Below, piece by piece: positions 63,201 to 64,000 of a DNA stretch of 64,000 nucleotides. This DNA is from Azolla caroliniana. Lineage: Eukaryota > Plantae > Polypodiophyta. The DNA is taken from assembly GCA_043228905.1 (NCBI GenBank), contig JBHGNT010000001.1, positions 3,038,001 to 3,102,000 of the forward strand, read 5' to 3'. The translations under genes were made by a program, and so were the position numbers. The notes under the pieces were generated by a model. It did no database searches. It worked only from the letters and a program-made list of their open reading frames with translations, and was not told the DNA's origin. The stretch's first letter is position 1; each line of letters opens with the position of its first letter.

Positions 63201-63721
63201 AGTAAATTCCAATTCTACTGAGAAGCGGCCAACCTATCTGTGCGTTTACCATCTGCATAGAGCATGGGCGGAATCAAAGTACAAGTGTCGCACAACTTTC
63301 AAATTAGCCTTGCAATGTTATTTGATTAGAACCATCTTGTTACTGTCATTCTGTGCTCCTTCCCCAAAAAGACAATTCCAACAGTATGAGCAGTTCTCCA
63401 ATCATGCTCATCCGTAGATCCATACTTTAATAGAACAAAACTATGCAACAATCAAAATATGTGGCTTACCTTGTCTAACAAAAAGGGAAAGAGCCATACG
63501 GCCAGGACACCGATGACTGCTGCAGCGAGCATGCTCCATAGGAATACTTTGGCCCACCACCATACTCTCCTGGTGAGGGGATAATTGGGCAGAAGAATGG
63601 CCTCAAACTCTTCCAGATCCAAATCCTCAGGGGTGGCATGCTGCTGCAACCTTGAATAATTACTTGTATGTAGTTCAACCCCACTGTCATAGCTTACCAT
63701 GGACTCTGCTTCTTCTGACAT
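60230..63721 (-). CDS. TVP38/TMEM64 (SNARE-associated Golgi, VTT/DedA domain) membrane protein; 4 exons
   Basis: LLPVILMPSGPSMWVAGMTFGYGYGF, LRISPIPYPLFNY, LVPEAFITIYSG. Exons 63721-63470, 61340-61101, 61008-60791, 60530-60230. Confidence 0.93.
61900..62905 (+). mobile_element. Possible decayed retroelement insertion in intron 1 of the TVP38-like gene
   Basis: Purine-rich, coding-like but frame-broken stretch antisense to the host gene. No decisive motif. Confidence 0.3.
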
Positions 63722-64000
63722 TACTTTCTATGGGTTCAGTCTACAGATACACTTCTTCAAGTTAAGACACATGTATGATCAGGAGGAGCACCCTCTCTGT
63801 GTGTCTGTCTGTCTGTCTGTCTGGACAAACACGGCTCGATCCACACGTGTGTGTGAGAGAGAAAGAGAGAGGCCCCGGGTCATGTAAGAACAAAGAACTT
63901 GCTTAGCTCACCTATAAAAAGGACACCCTTTCTTTGGAGCTCTCTCTCTCTCTCTCTCTCTGTTTCTCTTTCTGTCTGTCTGTCTGTCTGTCTCTCTCTC

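Overview
Eukaryotic land-plant genomic DNA: GT-AG introns, many microsatellites and about one gene per 6 kb. The gene repertoire and style suggest a seed-free vascular plant such as a fern, but that is inference. I reconstructed ten protein-coding genes by eye: a class B auxin response factor (ARF), a class III peroxidase whose distal catalytic His is replaced by Leu, an intronless TM + F-box-like + WD40-like gene, a MEE13-like coiled-coil gene, plastid phosphate transporter PHT2;1, thioredoxin z, an RKD-type RWP-RK transcription factor, an SHM6/7-type serine hydroxymethyltransferase, an AKR2-like ankyrin protein and a TVP38/TMEM64 membrane protein. Introns and intergenic DNA hold LINE, Ty3/gypsy and DNA-transposon remnants plus many short tandem duplications. 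The most unusual non-coding signal is four long hairpins with G:U pairs directly 3' of the ARF stop codon, two of which share an 18-nt arm; this is a candidate structured 3'UTR or small-RNA cluster. No rRNA, intact tRNA or CRISPR array was seen. Family names come from remembered motifs, not database searches.
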